A DNA stretch of 64,000 nucleotides, from assembly GCA_034440175.1 (NCBI GenBank), contig JAWXBO010000003.1, positions 2,285 through 66,284 on the forward strand, given 5' to 3'. Within the stretch, counting starts at the first letter, position 1. The number at the start of each line of letters is the position of its first letter. This DNA comes from Alphaproteobacteria bacterium. GTDB lineage: Bacteria > Pseudomonadota > Alphaproteobacteria > Micropepsales > Micropepsaceae. Below, piece by piece: positions 18,179-28,324 of the stretch. The position numbers and the translations under genes were made by a program. Under the pieces are notes generated by a model. That model worked only from the letters and a program-made list of their open reading frames with translations. It was not told where the DNA came from and did no database searches.

Positions 18179-19587
18179 CGGACGGCGATCGGCAGGCTGG
18201 CGCGCGACGTCGCTTGATCCCAGGCGCCGTCGGTGACCACCAGGCAGCTGACGCCGCGTTTCTGGATTTGGTCGCAGAGGGTCTCGGCTTTCTTTGGCGT
18301 GAAAGCTCCGAAGCGCACACGGAAAAACGTGTCGCCGTTGACGTCGAGCGCTACAACAGCACTGGCGGCGCCGGACAACAGATCCCGCATTTGCGTTCGT
18401 ACACTTTGTAACTGGTTCTCGGCATTGTCACGAGAGGAGTGGGCGCCAACCTGGATGCCCCATTTGCCGCCAGTCACAGGTATGCCGCGGCGCGCCTGAT
18501 CTGCGGTGTCGCCTTGTCCGTATTCACGCGGTGACGAGGCAAGCGATGCCACGACTGCGGGCTGGGCGTTAGCCGCAGAAATGATGCCGGATGACCCGGA
18601 TGATGCGGATTGCGGCTGGGGCCTGGATTCGCTGGCGCGCTCGGTGGCTTCCGCGGCTGCAGCTTCGTCGTCATCCAGAACCAGAGGTGACATGGCTATG
18701 ACCACCGGCGCGAGGCGTCCGAGGCCCAGTTTTGTAAACTCGGTCTCGAGCAATTGGGCGGTCATGACGTCGCGTTCGCGGGCCGAGCGTCCGCCCATGA
18801 CAATGGAAATCAGACGCGTGCCTTGACGGGTGGCCGAGCTTGCCAAATTGAATCCCGACATGCGGGTGTAGCCGGTTTTCAAGCCGTCAGCGCCGTCGAA
18901 GAAGCGCAAAAGGTTGTTGTGGCCAGCGTAACTGCGGCCGCCCCAGACGAAGCTCTGCAGGCGGAAATAGGGATAGAATTCGGAATAATCTCCGATCAAC
19001 CGCCGGCTTAGAATGACGAGGTCGTTGGCGGTGGAGCGCTGGTTTGTGTCTGGCAGGCCGGAGGCGTTGACGAAGGTGGTGCGCGTCATGCCAAGTTCGC
19101 GCGCCTTTTGCGTCATCTTGGTAGCGAATTGATACTCGCTGCCACCGATGTGCTCGGCGACGATAACGGCGACATCGTTGGCGGAGCGTACGATTAGGGC
19201 TTTGATGGCATCTTCGACGGTCAGCGTTTCGCCCGCATCTATGCCAAGTTTGGTCGGGTCTTGCGAGGCGGCATATGCCGAGGCCGTCAACCTTGTGGAG
19301 AGGGAAATGTTACCGCGGTTGATCTGCTCAAACAGCATGTACAGCGTCATCATTTTTGTGAGCGAAGCTGGATAGCGGGTATCGTTCGACATGCGCTCGT
19401 GCAGAACGCGGCCACTGTTGGCATCGACGACGACGGCGGCGAATTTTTCGACATAAGGTTCGGGCGCGCGATAATGGCGCACGCGCTTCTTTTTGCGCGC
19501 GGCATCGGCGGTTGCAATCGACAACACAATGCCGAGCATCACCAGCACTGATATCAAAAGTCTGAGTGGCCGCACGCGCCCTACCAT
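18175..19587 (-). CDS. D-alanyl-D-alanine carboxypeptidase (PBP5/6 class, S11) with C-terminal SPOR domain
   Basis: Signal/TM N-terminus, SxxK (PASLTKMM), SxN (RSANDV), KTG (LKTGYT), Ala/Ser-rich linker, C-terminal SPOR-like WGIQVGAHSSRDNAE...FFRVRFGAF. Confidence 0.85.
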   Translation of the reverse strand: MVGRVRPLRLLISVLVMLGIVLSIATADAARKKKRVRHYRAPEPYVEKFAAVVVDANSGRVLHERMSNDTRYPASLTKMMTLYMLFEQINRGNISLSTRLTASAYAASQDPTKLGIDAGETLTVEDAIKALIVRSANDVAVIVAEHIGGSEYQFATKMTQKARELGMTRTTFVNASGLPDTNQRSTANDLVILSRRLIGDYSEFYPYFRLQSFVWGGRSYAGHNNLLRFFDGADGLKTGYTRMSGFNLASSATRQGTRLISIVMGGRSARERDVMTAQLLETEFTKLGLGRLAPVVIAMSPLVLDDDEAAAAEATERASESRPQPQSASSGSSGIISAANAQPAVVASLASSPREYGQGDTADQARRGIPVTGGKWGIQVGAHSSRDNAENQLQSVRTQMRDLLSGAASAVVALDVNGDTFFRVRFGAFTPKKAETLCDQIQKRGVSCLVVTDGAWDQATSRASLPIAVR

Positions 19588-19798
19588 TTTCCGTACTCAG
19601 TCCTACAACAAAGTGCAGACCAGAACTTTCACCGATGCCACCGTGGCCGACAGCTAGTTCGCAGTTTGTCAGATTTTTCCGGTTTGGAAAGTGTTAACAT
19701 GGACAAGAATTCCGCCTCAAGGGTTAAGCACTCTGTCAATCGACTCCTGCTAGCCAATCTTGAACACATTTCCAGTTGCTGTTTGGTTAACAAAGAGT

Positions 19799-19833
19799 TT
19801 GTGCAGTCGCACAATTTTTTGTGCGACGCACAA
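19799..19833 (+). promoter_or_regulatory. Two tandem palindromes TTGTGC-N4-GCACAA / TTGTGC-N3-GCACAA (candidate PhaR-type operators)
   Basis: 19799-19814 ttgtgcagtcgcacaa and 19819-19833 ttgtgcgacgcacaa, immediately upstream of the -35 of the phasin promoter. Confidence 0.45.
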
Positions 19834-19840
19834 ATTTTAC

Positions 19841-19871
19841 TTGACATTCGTGGCACTATACCTCATATAAC
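19841..19871 (+). promoter_or_regulatory. Sigma-70-like promoter of the phasin gene
   Basis: TTGACA 19841-19846, then 17-19 nt, then cATATAAc 19864-19871. About 95 nt upstream of the phasin ATG in an AT-rich intergenic region. Confidence 0.5.
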
Positions 19872-19963
19872 TCGTATGTTGCAGTGCAGCATTTGGTATT
19901 GCCGCTTAGAATTGACGGTTAATTCAAATATGCGGCGAAGCGATCTGATCAGGGAACCTTAAA

Positions 19964-20431
19964 ATGGCCCGCAAGAGCACTCAAAAGCCGGCAAGCGAGG
20001 CCAAGGAGCACGTCATGAAAAACGGGAACGAGGCAATGAAAAACGGATTTGAAACGATGACCAAGTCATTCGAGAAGTTCTCGGGCTTTGGAAAAGAAAA
20101 TGTTGAAGCCTACATGCAGGCCTCGACTGCCTTCGCCAAAGTCTTTGAGCGCATCAACGGAGAGATCTTCAATTTCTCCAAACAGCAAGTTGAAGACGGC
20201 GTCGCCGCTTTCAAGGCTGTGTCGGGTGCCAAGAGTGTCCACGAAGCGTGGGAAGTCCAAAGCGATTTCGCCAAGTCTGCGCTTGACGCCTATGTCGCGC
20301 AGACCACGAAGATGAACGATCTTTGGATGGGTGCGGCCAAGCAGGCGGCTGAGCCGTTCAGCGCGCGCTTCGCGGAATTCACCGAGAAAATGCAGGATAT
20401 TCGTACGCCGTTCGCCCGCGCTGCCGAGTAA
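19964..20431 (+). CDS. phaP: Phasin family protein (PHA granule-associated)
   Basis: 155-aa Ala/Lys/Glu-rich helical protein (FEKFSGFGKENVEAYMQASTAFAKVFERINGEIFNFSKQQVEDGVAA), typical of alphaproteobacterial phasins. Confidence 0.8.
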   Translation: MARKSTQKPASEAKEHVMKNGNEAMKNGFETMTKSFEKFSGFGKENVEAYMQASTAFAKVFERINGEIFNFSKQQVEDGVAAFKAVSGAKSVHEAWEVQSDFAKSALDAYVAQTTKMNDLWMGAAKQAAEPFSARFAEFTEKMQDIRTPFARAAE

Positions 20432-20455
20432 TTTGCAGACATCAGAGTTGGTTGA

Positions 20456-20492
20456 AAGGGCTTGGAGGCTGTTGTCTCTGAGCCCTTTTGCT
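20456..20492 (+). terminator. Rho-independent terminator of phaP
   Basis: AAGGGCTTGGAG-gctgttgt-CTCTGAGCCCTT stem (12 bp including two G-U pairs) followed by TTGCTTTC, 25 nt after the stop. Confidence 0.7.
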
Positions 20493-20521
20493 TTCGGTGC
20501 CAGGTGGGTAGACTGACGTGC

Positions 20522-20941
20522 ATGACAGCACAGCAACGTATCGATTTTGCGACACTCAAGCGCCCGCGCACGCCCAATACATTTCTGATGGCCCCTGAGG
20601 GCTTTTGCCCATTCGCGAAAGCCGACGTTGTGTCAGCGGTGTATAGCGTTGGGGCGAAAAAGTTGCGGCAGGAATTCCTGAGCGCCGCCATTGCTCAGAA
20701 ACGGGTATCGCATTCCTTCGCGGACGACGCGGGACTTTATGATGATTTTATAGTGCGATCGGCCCTGTTTGGATTTCCAGACCATGTGGCGGTAAAATTT
20801 CTGGACGTGAAGGGCGGTAAATCGACCCTCGCCATATATTCGCGGTCGGTCTATGGCCGGTCGGACCTAGGGGTTAACCGGGCCCGCACTTTGGCGTGGA
20901 TGGCGCTTGTCAACAGTAGCGTTAAGCCGTTGGCTCGCTAA
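20522..20941 (+). CDS. DUF1499 domain protein
   Basis: Internal ATG 20522 (MTAQQRIDFATLKRPRTPNTFLMAPEG...). C-terminal YSRSVYGRSDLGVNRAR is typical of DUF1499. Confidence 0.65.
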   Translation: MTAQQRIDFATLKRPRTPNTFLMAPEGFCPFAKADVVSAVYSVGAKKLRQEFLSAAIAQKRVSHSFADDAGLYDDFIVRSALFGFPDHVAVKFLDVKGGKSTLAIYSRSVYGRSDLGVNRARTLAWMALVNSSVKPLAR

Positions 20942-21045
20942 ATTCCGTAACCCAGGCTCAACTTGGTGCTTTCAATCCGGCGGGGGCATCATATTTAATG
21001 AACTCCACAGAATGACGTCAAACATGGGAAGATTTTGCGGCTAGC

Positions 21046-21375
21046 ATGACGAAGCAAAACGGTGATCGCGATGGGCAGGGACCCTCGACCGGTCTTGTCA
21101 CAAAGACGCGACCCAAGACCAAAAAGCCCAGCCTTTACAAGGTGCTTATGCTAAATGACGACTACACGCCGATGGAGTTCGTCGTTCATGTGCTTGAGCG
21201 GTTTTTCAATAAGGGGCGCGAGGATGCAGAAGTCATCATGCTGGCGGTGCACCGGCAAGGGGTCGGCATTTGCGGGGTCTACACCTACGAAGTTGCAGAA
21301 ACCAAGGTTGCACAAGTGATCGATTTCGCCCGGCGGCATCAGCATCCATTACAGTGCACACTTGAAAAGGAATGA
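21046..21375 (+). CDS. clpS: ATP-dependent Clp protease adaptor ClpS
   Basis: [27 protein letters not shown]...[27 protein letters not shown]. Confidence 0.95.
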   Translation: MTKQNGDRDGQGPSTGLVTKTRPKTKKPSLYKVLMLNDDYTPMEFVVHVLERFFNKGREDAEVIMLAVHRQGVGICGVYTYEVAETKVAQVIDFARRHQHPLQCTLEKE

Positions 21376-21423
21376 TAGACTGGTCCGGTTCTAGGGGCGC
21401 GCAGTTTACGAAAGGCAGAGCGA

Positions 21424-23778
21424 GTGGCGAGTTTTTCCAAATCCCTGCAGAGCACGCTCCATCGTGCGATGGCGCTCGCCAATGAGCGCAATCACGAATA
21501 TGCGACGCTTGAGCATTTGCTCCTGTCGCTGATCGAAGACCAGGACGCCATCGCCGTGATGCGGGCGTGCAGCGTGGATGTCGATGCGCTCAAGCGCACG
21601 CTTGCGTCTTATGTCGATACGGATTTGTCGACACTTGTCGTCGATGACGGCGAAGATGCCAAACCGACGGCGGGCTTTCAACGGGTTGTCCAGCGCGCGG
21701 TCATTCATGTTCAATCGTCGGGACGCGAAGAGGTGACGGGCGCGAATATTCTTGTCGCCATTTTTGCCGAGCGCGAAAGTCATGCCGCCTATTTTCTGGG
21801 TGAGCAGAACATGACGCGCTATGATGCCGTCAGTTACATCAGTCACGGTATCGCCAAGCGCCCGGGGGCCACGGAGGCGCGGCCGGTGCGGGGTGCCGAT
21901 GAAGAAGAAGACGGCGAGAAAGCGGTCAAGCAGGGCACCGAAGCGCTTGAAGCGTATTGCGTCAATCTCAATGCCAAGGCGCGGCAGGGCAAGATCGATC
22001 CCCTGATCGGGCGTGAGGCCGAAGTGGACCGCACCATCCAGATACTTTGCCGCCGGCAAAAGAACAATCCTTTGCTGGTCGGCGATCCGGGCGTGGGCAA
22101 GACGGCGATCGCCGAAGGCCTGGCGCGCAAGATCATCAACAATGAAGTGCCGGAAGTTTTGCGCGACTGCACAATCTTTTCGCTGGACATGGGATCTCTG
22201 ATTGCAGGGACACGCTATCGCGGGGATTTTGAAGAGCGTCTGAAGAATGTGCTGAAGGAGCTGGAGAACTTCAAAGGCGCGATTTTGTTCATCGATGAAA
22301 TTCATACGGTGATTGGCGCCGGGGCGACGAGCGGCGGGGCGATGGATGCGTCGAACCTGCTGAAGCCCGCCTTGCAGTCGGGGACTTTGCGCTGTGTCGG
22401 TTCGACGACCTATAAGGAATTCCGCCAGCACTTCGAAAAAGATCGCGCTCTGGCGCGGCGCTTTCAGAAAATTGATGTGGGTGAGCCCTCCATTCCCGAT
22501 GCGATCAAGATCCTGAAGGGTCTGAAGCCGTATTACGAGAGCTATCACAAGGTCCGCTATACCAGCGACGCGGTGAAAGCGGCGGTCGAGCTTTCGGCGA
22601 AATACATCAATGACCGCAAGCTGCCCGACAAGGCAATTGACGTGATTGACGAGACCGGCGCGTCGCAGATGCTGCTGCCGGAAGGCAAGCGCAAGAAAGT
22701 GATCGGCGTCAAAGAGATCGAAGATGTGATCGCACGGATGGCGCGCATACCACCGAAATCCGTATCGAAGAACGACGCGGAGTCGCTGCGCGATCTTGAA
22801 ATGAATATGAGCCATGTGGTCTTTGGTCAGGCTGAAGCCATCACGGCGCTGACGGCGGCGATCAAGATGGCGCGGGCGGGCTTGCGTGATCCCGAGAAGC
22901 CGATCGGATGTTATTTGTTCTCGGGCCCCACGGGTGTCGGCAAAACGGAAGTCGCCAAGCAGCTGGCCAAAATCATGGGCGTTGAACTGTTACGCTTTGA
23001 TATGTCGGAGTATATGGAGCGCCATTCCGTGAGCCGACTGATTGGCGCGCCGCCGGGCTATGTGGGTTTTGACCAGGGCGGCCTGCTGACGGACGGTGTC
23101 GATCAGCATCCGCATTGCGTGTTACTGCTGGATGAAATCGAGAAGGCGCATCCGGACATCTTCAACATTCTGCTGCAAGTGATGGACCACGGCAAGCTGA
23201 CCGATCACAACGGCAAAAAGATCGACTTCCGCAATGTGGTGCTGATCATGACCACGAATGCGGGCGCCTCGGACGCGGCGAAAGAATCGATCGGCTTCGG
23301 ACGCGGCAAGCGTGAGGGCGAGGATTCCGAAGCGATCAAGCGGCTGTTTACGCCGGAGTTCCGCAACAGGCTTGATGCGGTGGTGCCGTTCAAGGCCTTG
23401 ACCGCTGAAACCGTTGGACGAGTGGTTGAGAAGTTTGTGCTGCAGCTTGAGGCGCAGCTGAGTGACCGGAATGTGACGTTCGAGCTGTCAACGGAGGCGA
23501 CGCGCTGGCTGGCCGAGCGGGGCTATGACGAAGCGTTTGGGGCGCGGCCACTGGCGCGGCTTATCCAGGATCAAATCAAGAAACCGCTGGCTGACGAAAT
23601 TTTGTTTGGCAGGCTGTTGCGCGGTGGCACTGTGCGCGTGTTGCTCAAGGACGACCAATCCGGCCTGACCTTCGACATCATTGAAGCGCCGCATTTGCCG
23701 GTTAAAGTGAAGACCAAGGGTGAAGACACAGACAGTGACGAAGAATCCGAACCTCAAGAGCCCGAATTGGTGAAATGA
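21424..23778 (+). CDS. clpA: ATP-dependent Clp protease ATP-binding subunit ClpA
   Basis: GTG start. Clp_N repeats, two AAA+ modules ([15 protein letters not shown]; [15 protein letters not shown]). 784 aa, downstream of clpS. Confidence 0.95.
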   Translation: MASFSKSLQSTLHRAMALANERNHEYATLEHLLLSLIEDQDAIAVMRACSVDVDALKRTLASYVDTDLSTLVVDDGEDAKPTAGFQRVVQRAVIHVQSSGREEVTGANILVAIFAERESHAAYFLGEQNMTRYDAVSYISHGIAKRPGATEARPVRGADEEEDGEKAVKQGTEALEAYCVNLNAKARQGKIDPLIGREAEVDRTIQILCRRQKNNPLLVGDPGVGKTAIAEGLARKIINNEVPEVLRDCTIFSLDMGSLIAGTRYRGDFEERLKNVLKELENFKGAILFIDEIHTVIGAGATSGGAMDASNLLKPALQSGTLRCVGSTTYKEFRQHFEKDRALARRFQKIDVGEPSIPDAIKILKGLKPYYESYHKVRYTSDAVKAAVELSAKYINDRKLPDKAIDVIDETGASQMLLPEGKRKKVIGVKEIEDVIARMARIPPKSVSKNDAESLRDLEMNMSHVVFGQAEAITALTAAIKMARAGLRDPEKPIGCYLFSGPTGVGKTEVAKQLAKIMGVELLRFDMSEYMERHSVSRLIGAPPGYVGFDQGGLLTDGVDQHPHCVLLLDEIEKAHPDIFNILLQVMDHGKLTDHNGKKIDFRNVVLIMTTNAGASDAAKESIGFGRGKREGEDSEAIKRLFTPEFRNRLDAVVPFKALTAETVGRVVEKFVLQLEAQLSDRNVTFELSTEATRWLAERGYDEAFGARPLARLIQDQIKKPLADEILFGRLLRGGTVRVLLKDDQSGLTFDIIEAPHLPVKVKTKGEDTDSDEESEPQEPELVK

Positions 23779-24413
23779 CGCGCGTTTGTTTTATCGTTTT
23801 TGCTTTTCTGCTCTTTGCCGGTCCGGTGTGGGCGGACGAAGACATCAGTATTCGTGGAAACTTCCCGCAGTTGCTGGCGCGGGGGGAGACGACGCCGCAA
23901 ATGGCCAATCGCATTGCGGTGGCCCTGATCAGTCTCGACCGTTTGATCGCGCCGCCTTGCGGCAGGAAGCGGGTATTTGTGTTCTCTGGCGCCGACTATG
24001 TCGATGTCGATGATTTGTCGGTGCGCGTCGATCCCGCGAAGCCCGGTGTGTGGCGTTTCGTGATTTTGGGCAAAGGGTGTTGGGCGACGCGCGTTCACAA
24101 TGTCTTTGTCTTTCCGCGGGGCACCCGCCCGGCAGAGATTCGCGCCGCCGCTCCGGGGCGCACGGTCGCCGGTCTCAAGTATCAACAGCAAGCCATGCAG
24201 CTGGTGTTTCGTGAGGCCAATGGTATCGCCATCAGATCAAATTGCGATGAAGCGGCGTACCTCACCGATACGGCGGTGACGAAGGTTCGCCGCCGTGGCC
24301 AGCCCTGGGAAGAAAATTGGTTGGCCACTGCCTGCGATATTACGCGCAAATTTCTGGTCATGTTCACGCCGGACGGCGGCAAGATGCGGGTTGCGGTGGT
24401 GTTGAACGATTGA
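23775..24413 (+). CDS. Secreted hypothetical protein
   Basis: ATG overlaps the clpA stop (ATGA). Signal peptide [20 protein letters not shown]. No family recognised. Confidence 0.55.
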   Translation: MTRVCFIVFAFLLFAGPVWADEDISIRGNFPQLLARGETTPQMANRIAVALISLDRLIAPPCGRKRVFVFSGADYVDVDDLSVRVDPAKPGVWRFVILGKGCWATRVHNVFVFPRGTRPAEIRAAAPGRTVAGLKYQQQAMQLVFREANGIAIRSNCDEAAYLTDTAVTKVRRRGQPWEENWLATACDITRKFLVMFTPDGGKMRVAVVLND

Positions 24414-24424
24414 GCCGGGATGGC

Positions 24425-25057
24425 TCAGGAAATCAACACCGGGGTTTCGTGGATGTTGAGATTGTTGTGAATGCAGTCACAAATGTAGTTGCCGACGTCG
24501 GCGCGGCTGATCGAGCCGTTGCGGTAATCGCCGGGCTTCGACAAGACTTTTACGTGACCCCGTTTCTTGCGGTTGGTCAACAGGCCGGGACGCAGAATCG
24601 TCCAGTCTTTGTGGCTTTTCATAATGAGCGATTCAGCGCGGTCTTTGTCTTCGTAGTTCCGTTTCAACATAAACGGATAGAAGATTTTCTCATACAAGAA
24701 CCCGCCTTTTCCCTTGCTGTCGCCCGCGCCGATGCCGCTCAGAAAAATCAAACGTTTCACGCCCTGCCGGTTCATCACGGTCAGGATGGTTGAGATGGCA
24801 TCGGAAAACACTGTTACCGTCTCGCGACCAGTGCGGGCTGCCAAAGTGACAGCTACGGCGTCACAGCCTTTGATCGCCTGCTCAAGCAAGAGTTCATTGC
24901 GCGCGTCGCCTTTGTACCAGGCCAGCCGCGCGTCGGTGAGGGCTGATTGACCGGGGTTGCGCGCGACGGCTGTGACCGACCATCCGCGCACCAGCGCATC
25001 CTTGACGGTTTCCAGTCCACAACCTTTACTTGCGCCAATGACAGCGATTTTAGTCAT
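24425..25057 (-). CDS. NAD(P)H-binding protein (atypical SDR / NmrA-BVR-B-like)
   Basis: KIAVIGASKGCGLE Rossmann motif, 210 aa. Confidence 0.7.
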   Translation of the reverse strand: MTKIAVIGASKGCGLETVKDALVRGWSVTAVARNPGQSALTDARLAWYKGDARNELLLEQAIKGCDAVAVTLAARTGRETVTVFSDAISTILTVMNRQGVKRLIFLSGIGAGDSKGKGGFLYEKIFYPFMLKRNYEDKDRAESLIMKSHKDWTILRPGLLTNRKKRGHVKVLSKPGDYRNGSISRADVGNYICDCIHNNLNIHETPVLIS

Positions 25058-25067
25058 ACCTAAGGCC

Positions 25068-25487
25068 CTATTGCAGCGCGGCCGATATTTTGGCGGCCAG
25101 AGATTTCAACTTGTCGAAGTCAGCTTTGTCGCGCGCGTGCAGGTTCAGGTCAATGCCGCCCGAGCGCGGAATAATGTGAAAGTGGATATGAAACACGCTT
25201 TGCCCTGCGGCGGCGCCATTCAATTGTGCCAGCATTATGCCGGGCGGTTTGGTTACTTGCTTGACGGCTGCTGCCACTTTTTGTGTTGTGGTGATCAAGG
25301 CGGCGGCGCTGTCGGGGCTCAAGTCAAAGATGGTTTCTGCGTGTTCCTTCGGGATGACCAAGGTGTGGCCTTCGGCCTGAGGCATGATGTCCAGGAAGGC
25401 GATGGTAGAGTTGTCTTCGTAGACCTTGAAGCACGGCACCTCACCGCGAATGATCTTGGCGAATATGTTGTCGGGATCGTAGGCCAT
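25068..25487 (-). CDS. HIT family protein (histidine triad nucleotide hydrolase)
   Basis: Internal ATG 25487 gives MAYDPDNIFAKIIRGEVPC.... Histidine triad HIHFHIIP. The upstream part of listed ORF 25068..25682 overlaps the neighbouring gene. Confidence 0.9.
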   Translation of the reverse strand: MAYDPDNIFAKIIRGEVPCFKVYEDNSTIAFLDIMPQAEGHTLVIPKEHAETIFDLSPDSAAALITTTQKVAAAVKQVTKPPGIMLAQLNGAAAGQSVFHIHFHIIPRSGGIDLNLHARDKADFDKLKSLAAKISAALQ

Positions 25488-25491
25488 GGTG

Positions 25492-26646
25492 TTACTCCGG
25501 TTTCCTGAAGGGAGAATGTTCGCCCAATTCTTCGATCGCTTCGCCGACAGCGCGGCGTTCCTCTTTGAGGTAGCGGGCGACGGCATCGCGCAGACCGGGA
25601 TGGGCGATCCAGTGGGACGAGTACGTGCGTACGGGCAGGTAGCCACGCGCCAGCTTGTGTTCGCCCTGGGCGCCGGCCTCAACGGTTTTCAGACCTTTTG
25701 AAATCGCGAATTCAATCGCCTGATAGTAGCACAATTCGAAATGCAGGAAGGGGTGGTGCTCTATGGCCCCCCAATTGCGGCCATAGAGCGTATCTGAGCC
25801 GATGAAGTTTAGCGCGCCTGCGATAGTGCGGCCTTGGCGTTTGGCCATGATCAGCAAGGTTTGGTCAGCCATGCTTTGTGAGATCAGGCTGAAGAAATTG
25901 CGCGTGAGATAGGGTGAACCCCATTTGCGCGAGCCCGTGTCGGTGTAGAATTCGAAGAAGGCGTCCCAGTGCGCTTCTCTTAAATCGCTGCCGGTCAGGA
26001 GTTCGATCTCGATCCCGGCGCTGAGCGCTTCTTTGCGTTCGCGGCGGAGATTTTTGCGCTTGATCGCGGACAGGGCTGAGAGAAACTCGTCAAAGGTCCG
26101 GTAGCCCGCATTTTGCCAATGAAACTGCTGATCATGGCGCGGCAAAAAGCCGAGTTGGGTCAGCGCTTCGGCTTCGTCCTGTTGTTGAAATGTGATGTGT
26201 ACGGATGAAAGTACAAGTTTTTGCGCGAAGGCCATGACGGCGCGCGCCAAGGCCTGACGGTGTTGGGAATTTCCGCCGGTCAAAAGGCGTGGGCCGCTTG
26301 CCGGGGTGAAGGGTACGGTAATCTGAAGTTTGGGATAATACGCGCCACCTGCGCGCTCGAACGCCTGAGCCCAGCCATGGTCGAAAACGTATTCGCCATA
26401 AGAATGGCTTTTGATGTACATCGGCGCGGCGCCCACGAGAGCGCCTGGTTGTTCCAGTAAGAGGTGAGCGGGTTGCCAGCCGGATTGCCGTGTTGCCGAT
26501 CCGCTTTGCTCAAGCGCAAAAAGGAACGCGTGCGAGACGAATGGGTTGAACGGCGCACCATGCGGGTTTGCCAGCGCATCCCATGAGGCAGGTGACACCG
26601 CCGAGATTGATTCAATCAGGCGTGCGCTTGGTTGAAGCTTGGTCAA
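25492..26646 (-). CDS. FemAB-like / DUF482 GNAT-fold protein
   Basis: NPFVSHAFLFALEQSGSA...YIKSHSYGEYVFDHGWA...YPKLQITVPFTP is characteristic of the DUF482 family. Confidence 0.7.
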   Translation of the reverse strand: MTKLQPSARLIESISAVSPASWDALANPHGAPFNPFVSHAFLFALEQSGSATRQSGWQPAHLLLEQPGALVGAAPMYIKSHSYGEYVFDHGWAQAFERAGGAYYPKLQITVPFTPASGPRLLTGGNSQHRQALARAVMAFAQKLVLSSVHITFQQQDEAEALTQLGFLPRHDQQFHWQNAGYRTFDEFLSALSAIKRKNLRRERKEALSAGIEIELLTGSDLREAHWDAFFEFYTDTGSRKWGSPYLTRNFFSLISQSMADQTLLIMAKRQGRTIAGALNFIGSDTLYGRNWGAIEHHPFLHFELCYYQAIEFAISKGLKTVEAGAQGEHKLARGYLPVRTYSSHWIAHPGLRDAVARYLKEERRAVGEAIEELGEHSPFRKPE

Positions 26647-26685
26647 GGTAGAAATTCACCGCGGTGAAAATATCAGTGTCACAAC

Positions 26686-27153
26686 TCAATCAATTTCGAA
26701 AATGGCTTCTACCTCGACCGCCACGTTTCGCGGCAGGGAGCCGGCACCGACGGCGGCGCGGGCGTGTTTGCCCCGGTCACCAAAGACCTGGACGATCGTG
26801 TCGGAAGCGCCGTTGACGACTTCGGGATGTTGAGCAAAGCCCGGTACGGCGTTGACGAAACCGGTGAGTTTCACGCAGCGTTTGACGCGGTCGAGATTTC
26901 CGGCGCAGGCTTCGCGGACCTGGGCTATGATGTTCAAGGCGCAAAGCCTGGCTGCGGCTTGACCTTGTTCGACGGTGAAGTCTTTGCCGACCTGGCCCAC
27001 ATATTCCAATCCGTTCGGACCCAAGGTCACCTGGCCTGAGACAAACACCAGGTTTCCGCTGACGACGAAGGGCACATAATTTGCGACCGGCGCGACGGCT
27101 TTGGGTAGAGTGATTCCAAGGTCTTTGAGGTGCGCGTCGATGCGTCCGGTCAT
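26686..27153 (-). CDS. RidA/YjgF family protein
   Basis: Internal ATG 27153 (MTGRIDAHLKDLGITLP...), 155 aa. C-terminal RAAVGAGSLPRNVAVEVEAIFEI. Confidence 0.8.
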   Translation of the reverse strand: MTGRIDAHLKDLGITLPKAVAPVANYVPFVVSGNLVFVSGQVTLGPNGLEYVGQVGKDFTVEQGQAAARLCALNIIAQVREACAGNLDRVKRCVKLTGFVNAVPGFAQHPEVVNGASDTIVQVFGDRGKHARAAVGAGSLPRNVAVEVEAIFEID

Positions 27154-27247
27154 GATGCAGTCCCTTTGCGAATTCCGGTTGGCCATGCAAGAAACGTGAG
27201 CCTCGCAAATTGCCAAGACCCTTGCAACTGACAGATAGTGAGATTCG

Positions 27248-28324
27248 ATGACAAAACGACTTGATGCCGATGATCGCTGCCCGGTGCGTGACGGTTTGTA
27301 CATGCCGGCGGAATGGGCACCCCACGCGCGGACCTGGATGGCGTGGCCGTGCCGGTTGGAGCCGTGGGGATCGGCGGAGGGTCTGTTGCGGGCGCAGGTG
27401 GGCCTTGCGGGCGTGGCACGTGCCATATCGGGGTTCGAGAAAGTAACGATGGCCGTGCGTCCTCAAGACAAGGACGAAGCGCGGATGGCGCTGGGCAAGG
27501 GCATTGAATTTCTTGAAGTCGACATCGATGATTCGTGGACGCGCGATATCGGCCCGGTGTTTGTAACCGATGGCCGCGACGGCGTTGCCGGTGTGCATTG
27601 GCGCTTTAACGGTTGGGGGAACAAATATCATCCCTATGAAAATGACGCGGCCCTGAGTGGGCGGATCATCGAGGCGCTGGATATGCGGCGCTATGAAGGG
27701 CCGATGGTGCTGGAGGGCGGCTCGCTTTCGGTCGACGGCGAAGGGACGTTGATGACGACGGAGCAGTGCTTGCTCAATGCCAATCGCAATCCGAACTTGA
27801 GCTTACAGCAGATCGAAGAGCGCTTGGCACTTTATCTTGGCGCTACCAAAATCATCTGGTTGGGAGAAGGTCTAGAAGATGATGAAACCGATGGCCATGT
27901 CGATAACATCGCGTGCTTTGCGGGGCCCGGCCGCGTGATGGTGTATGCACCTCAATCGAAGGGCGATTTGAATGACCGGGTGATGCGGGATAATCTGGCG
28001 CGTCTGAAATCGGCGCGGGATGCGAAGGGCCGCGCGCTGGAGATTATCGAAATTCCCGAGCCCGCGCCCCGAGAGCGCCATGACGGGCGGCGGCTTGATA
28101 TGAGTTACATCAATTTCTACTATACGAATTACGGGGTGGTGATGCCGTCGTTCGACGATCCCAAGGATGGTGAGGCGCTCAGGATTGTGCAGAAGGCGTT
28201 TCCTGACCGGCGGGTTGTTCAGGTGCCCAGCCTTGATCTTGTGCAAGGCGGTGGTGGTATTCACTGCATCACGCAGCAGCAACCGGCGGGCGAGGCGTTG
28301 AAAGCGGAAAGGTTCGAGCGATGA
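27248..28324 (+). CDS. aguA: Agmatine deiminase
   Basis: MPAEWAPHARTWMAWP, DDSWTRDIGP, C-terminal GGGIHCITQQQP active-site Cys motif. Confidence 0.9.
   Translation: MTKRLDADDRCPVRDGLYMPAEWAPHARTWMAWPCRLEPWGSAEGLLRAQVGLAGVARAISGFEKVTMAVRPQDKDEARMALGKGIEFLEVDIDDSWTRDIGPVFVTDGRDGVAGVHWRFNGWGNKYHPYENDAALSGRIIEALDMRRYEGPMVLEGGSLSVDGEGTLMTTEQCLLNANRNPNLSLQQIEERLALYLGATKIIWLGEGLEDDETDGHVDNIACFAGPGRVMVYAPQSKGDLNDRVMRDNLARLKSARDAKGRALEIIEIPEPAPRERHDGRRLDMSYINFYYTNYGVVMPSFDDPKDGEALRIVQKAFPDRRVVQVPSLDLVQGGGGIHCITQQQPAGEALKAERFER

Noticed and set aside
21406-22815. 469-aa ORF antisense to clpA. Similar long antisense or overlapping frames include 510..1472 and 2268..3035 in putA, 10491..11075 and 10667..11215 in the SDR gene, and 57666..58328 in rnr.
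   Set aside because: They lie entirely inside genes with unmistakable conserved motifs on the other strand. Their products are Arg/Pro/Ala-rich low-complexity sequences, typical of shadow frames in GC-rich DNA.
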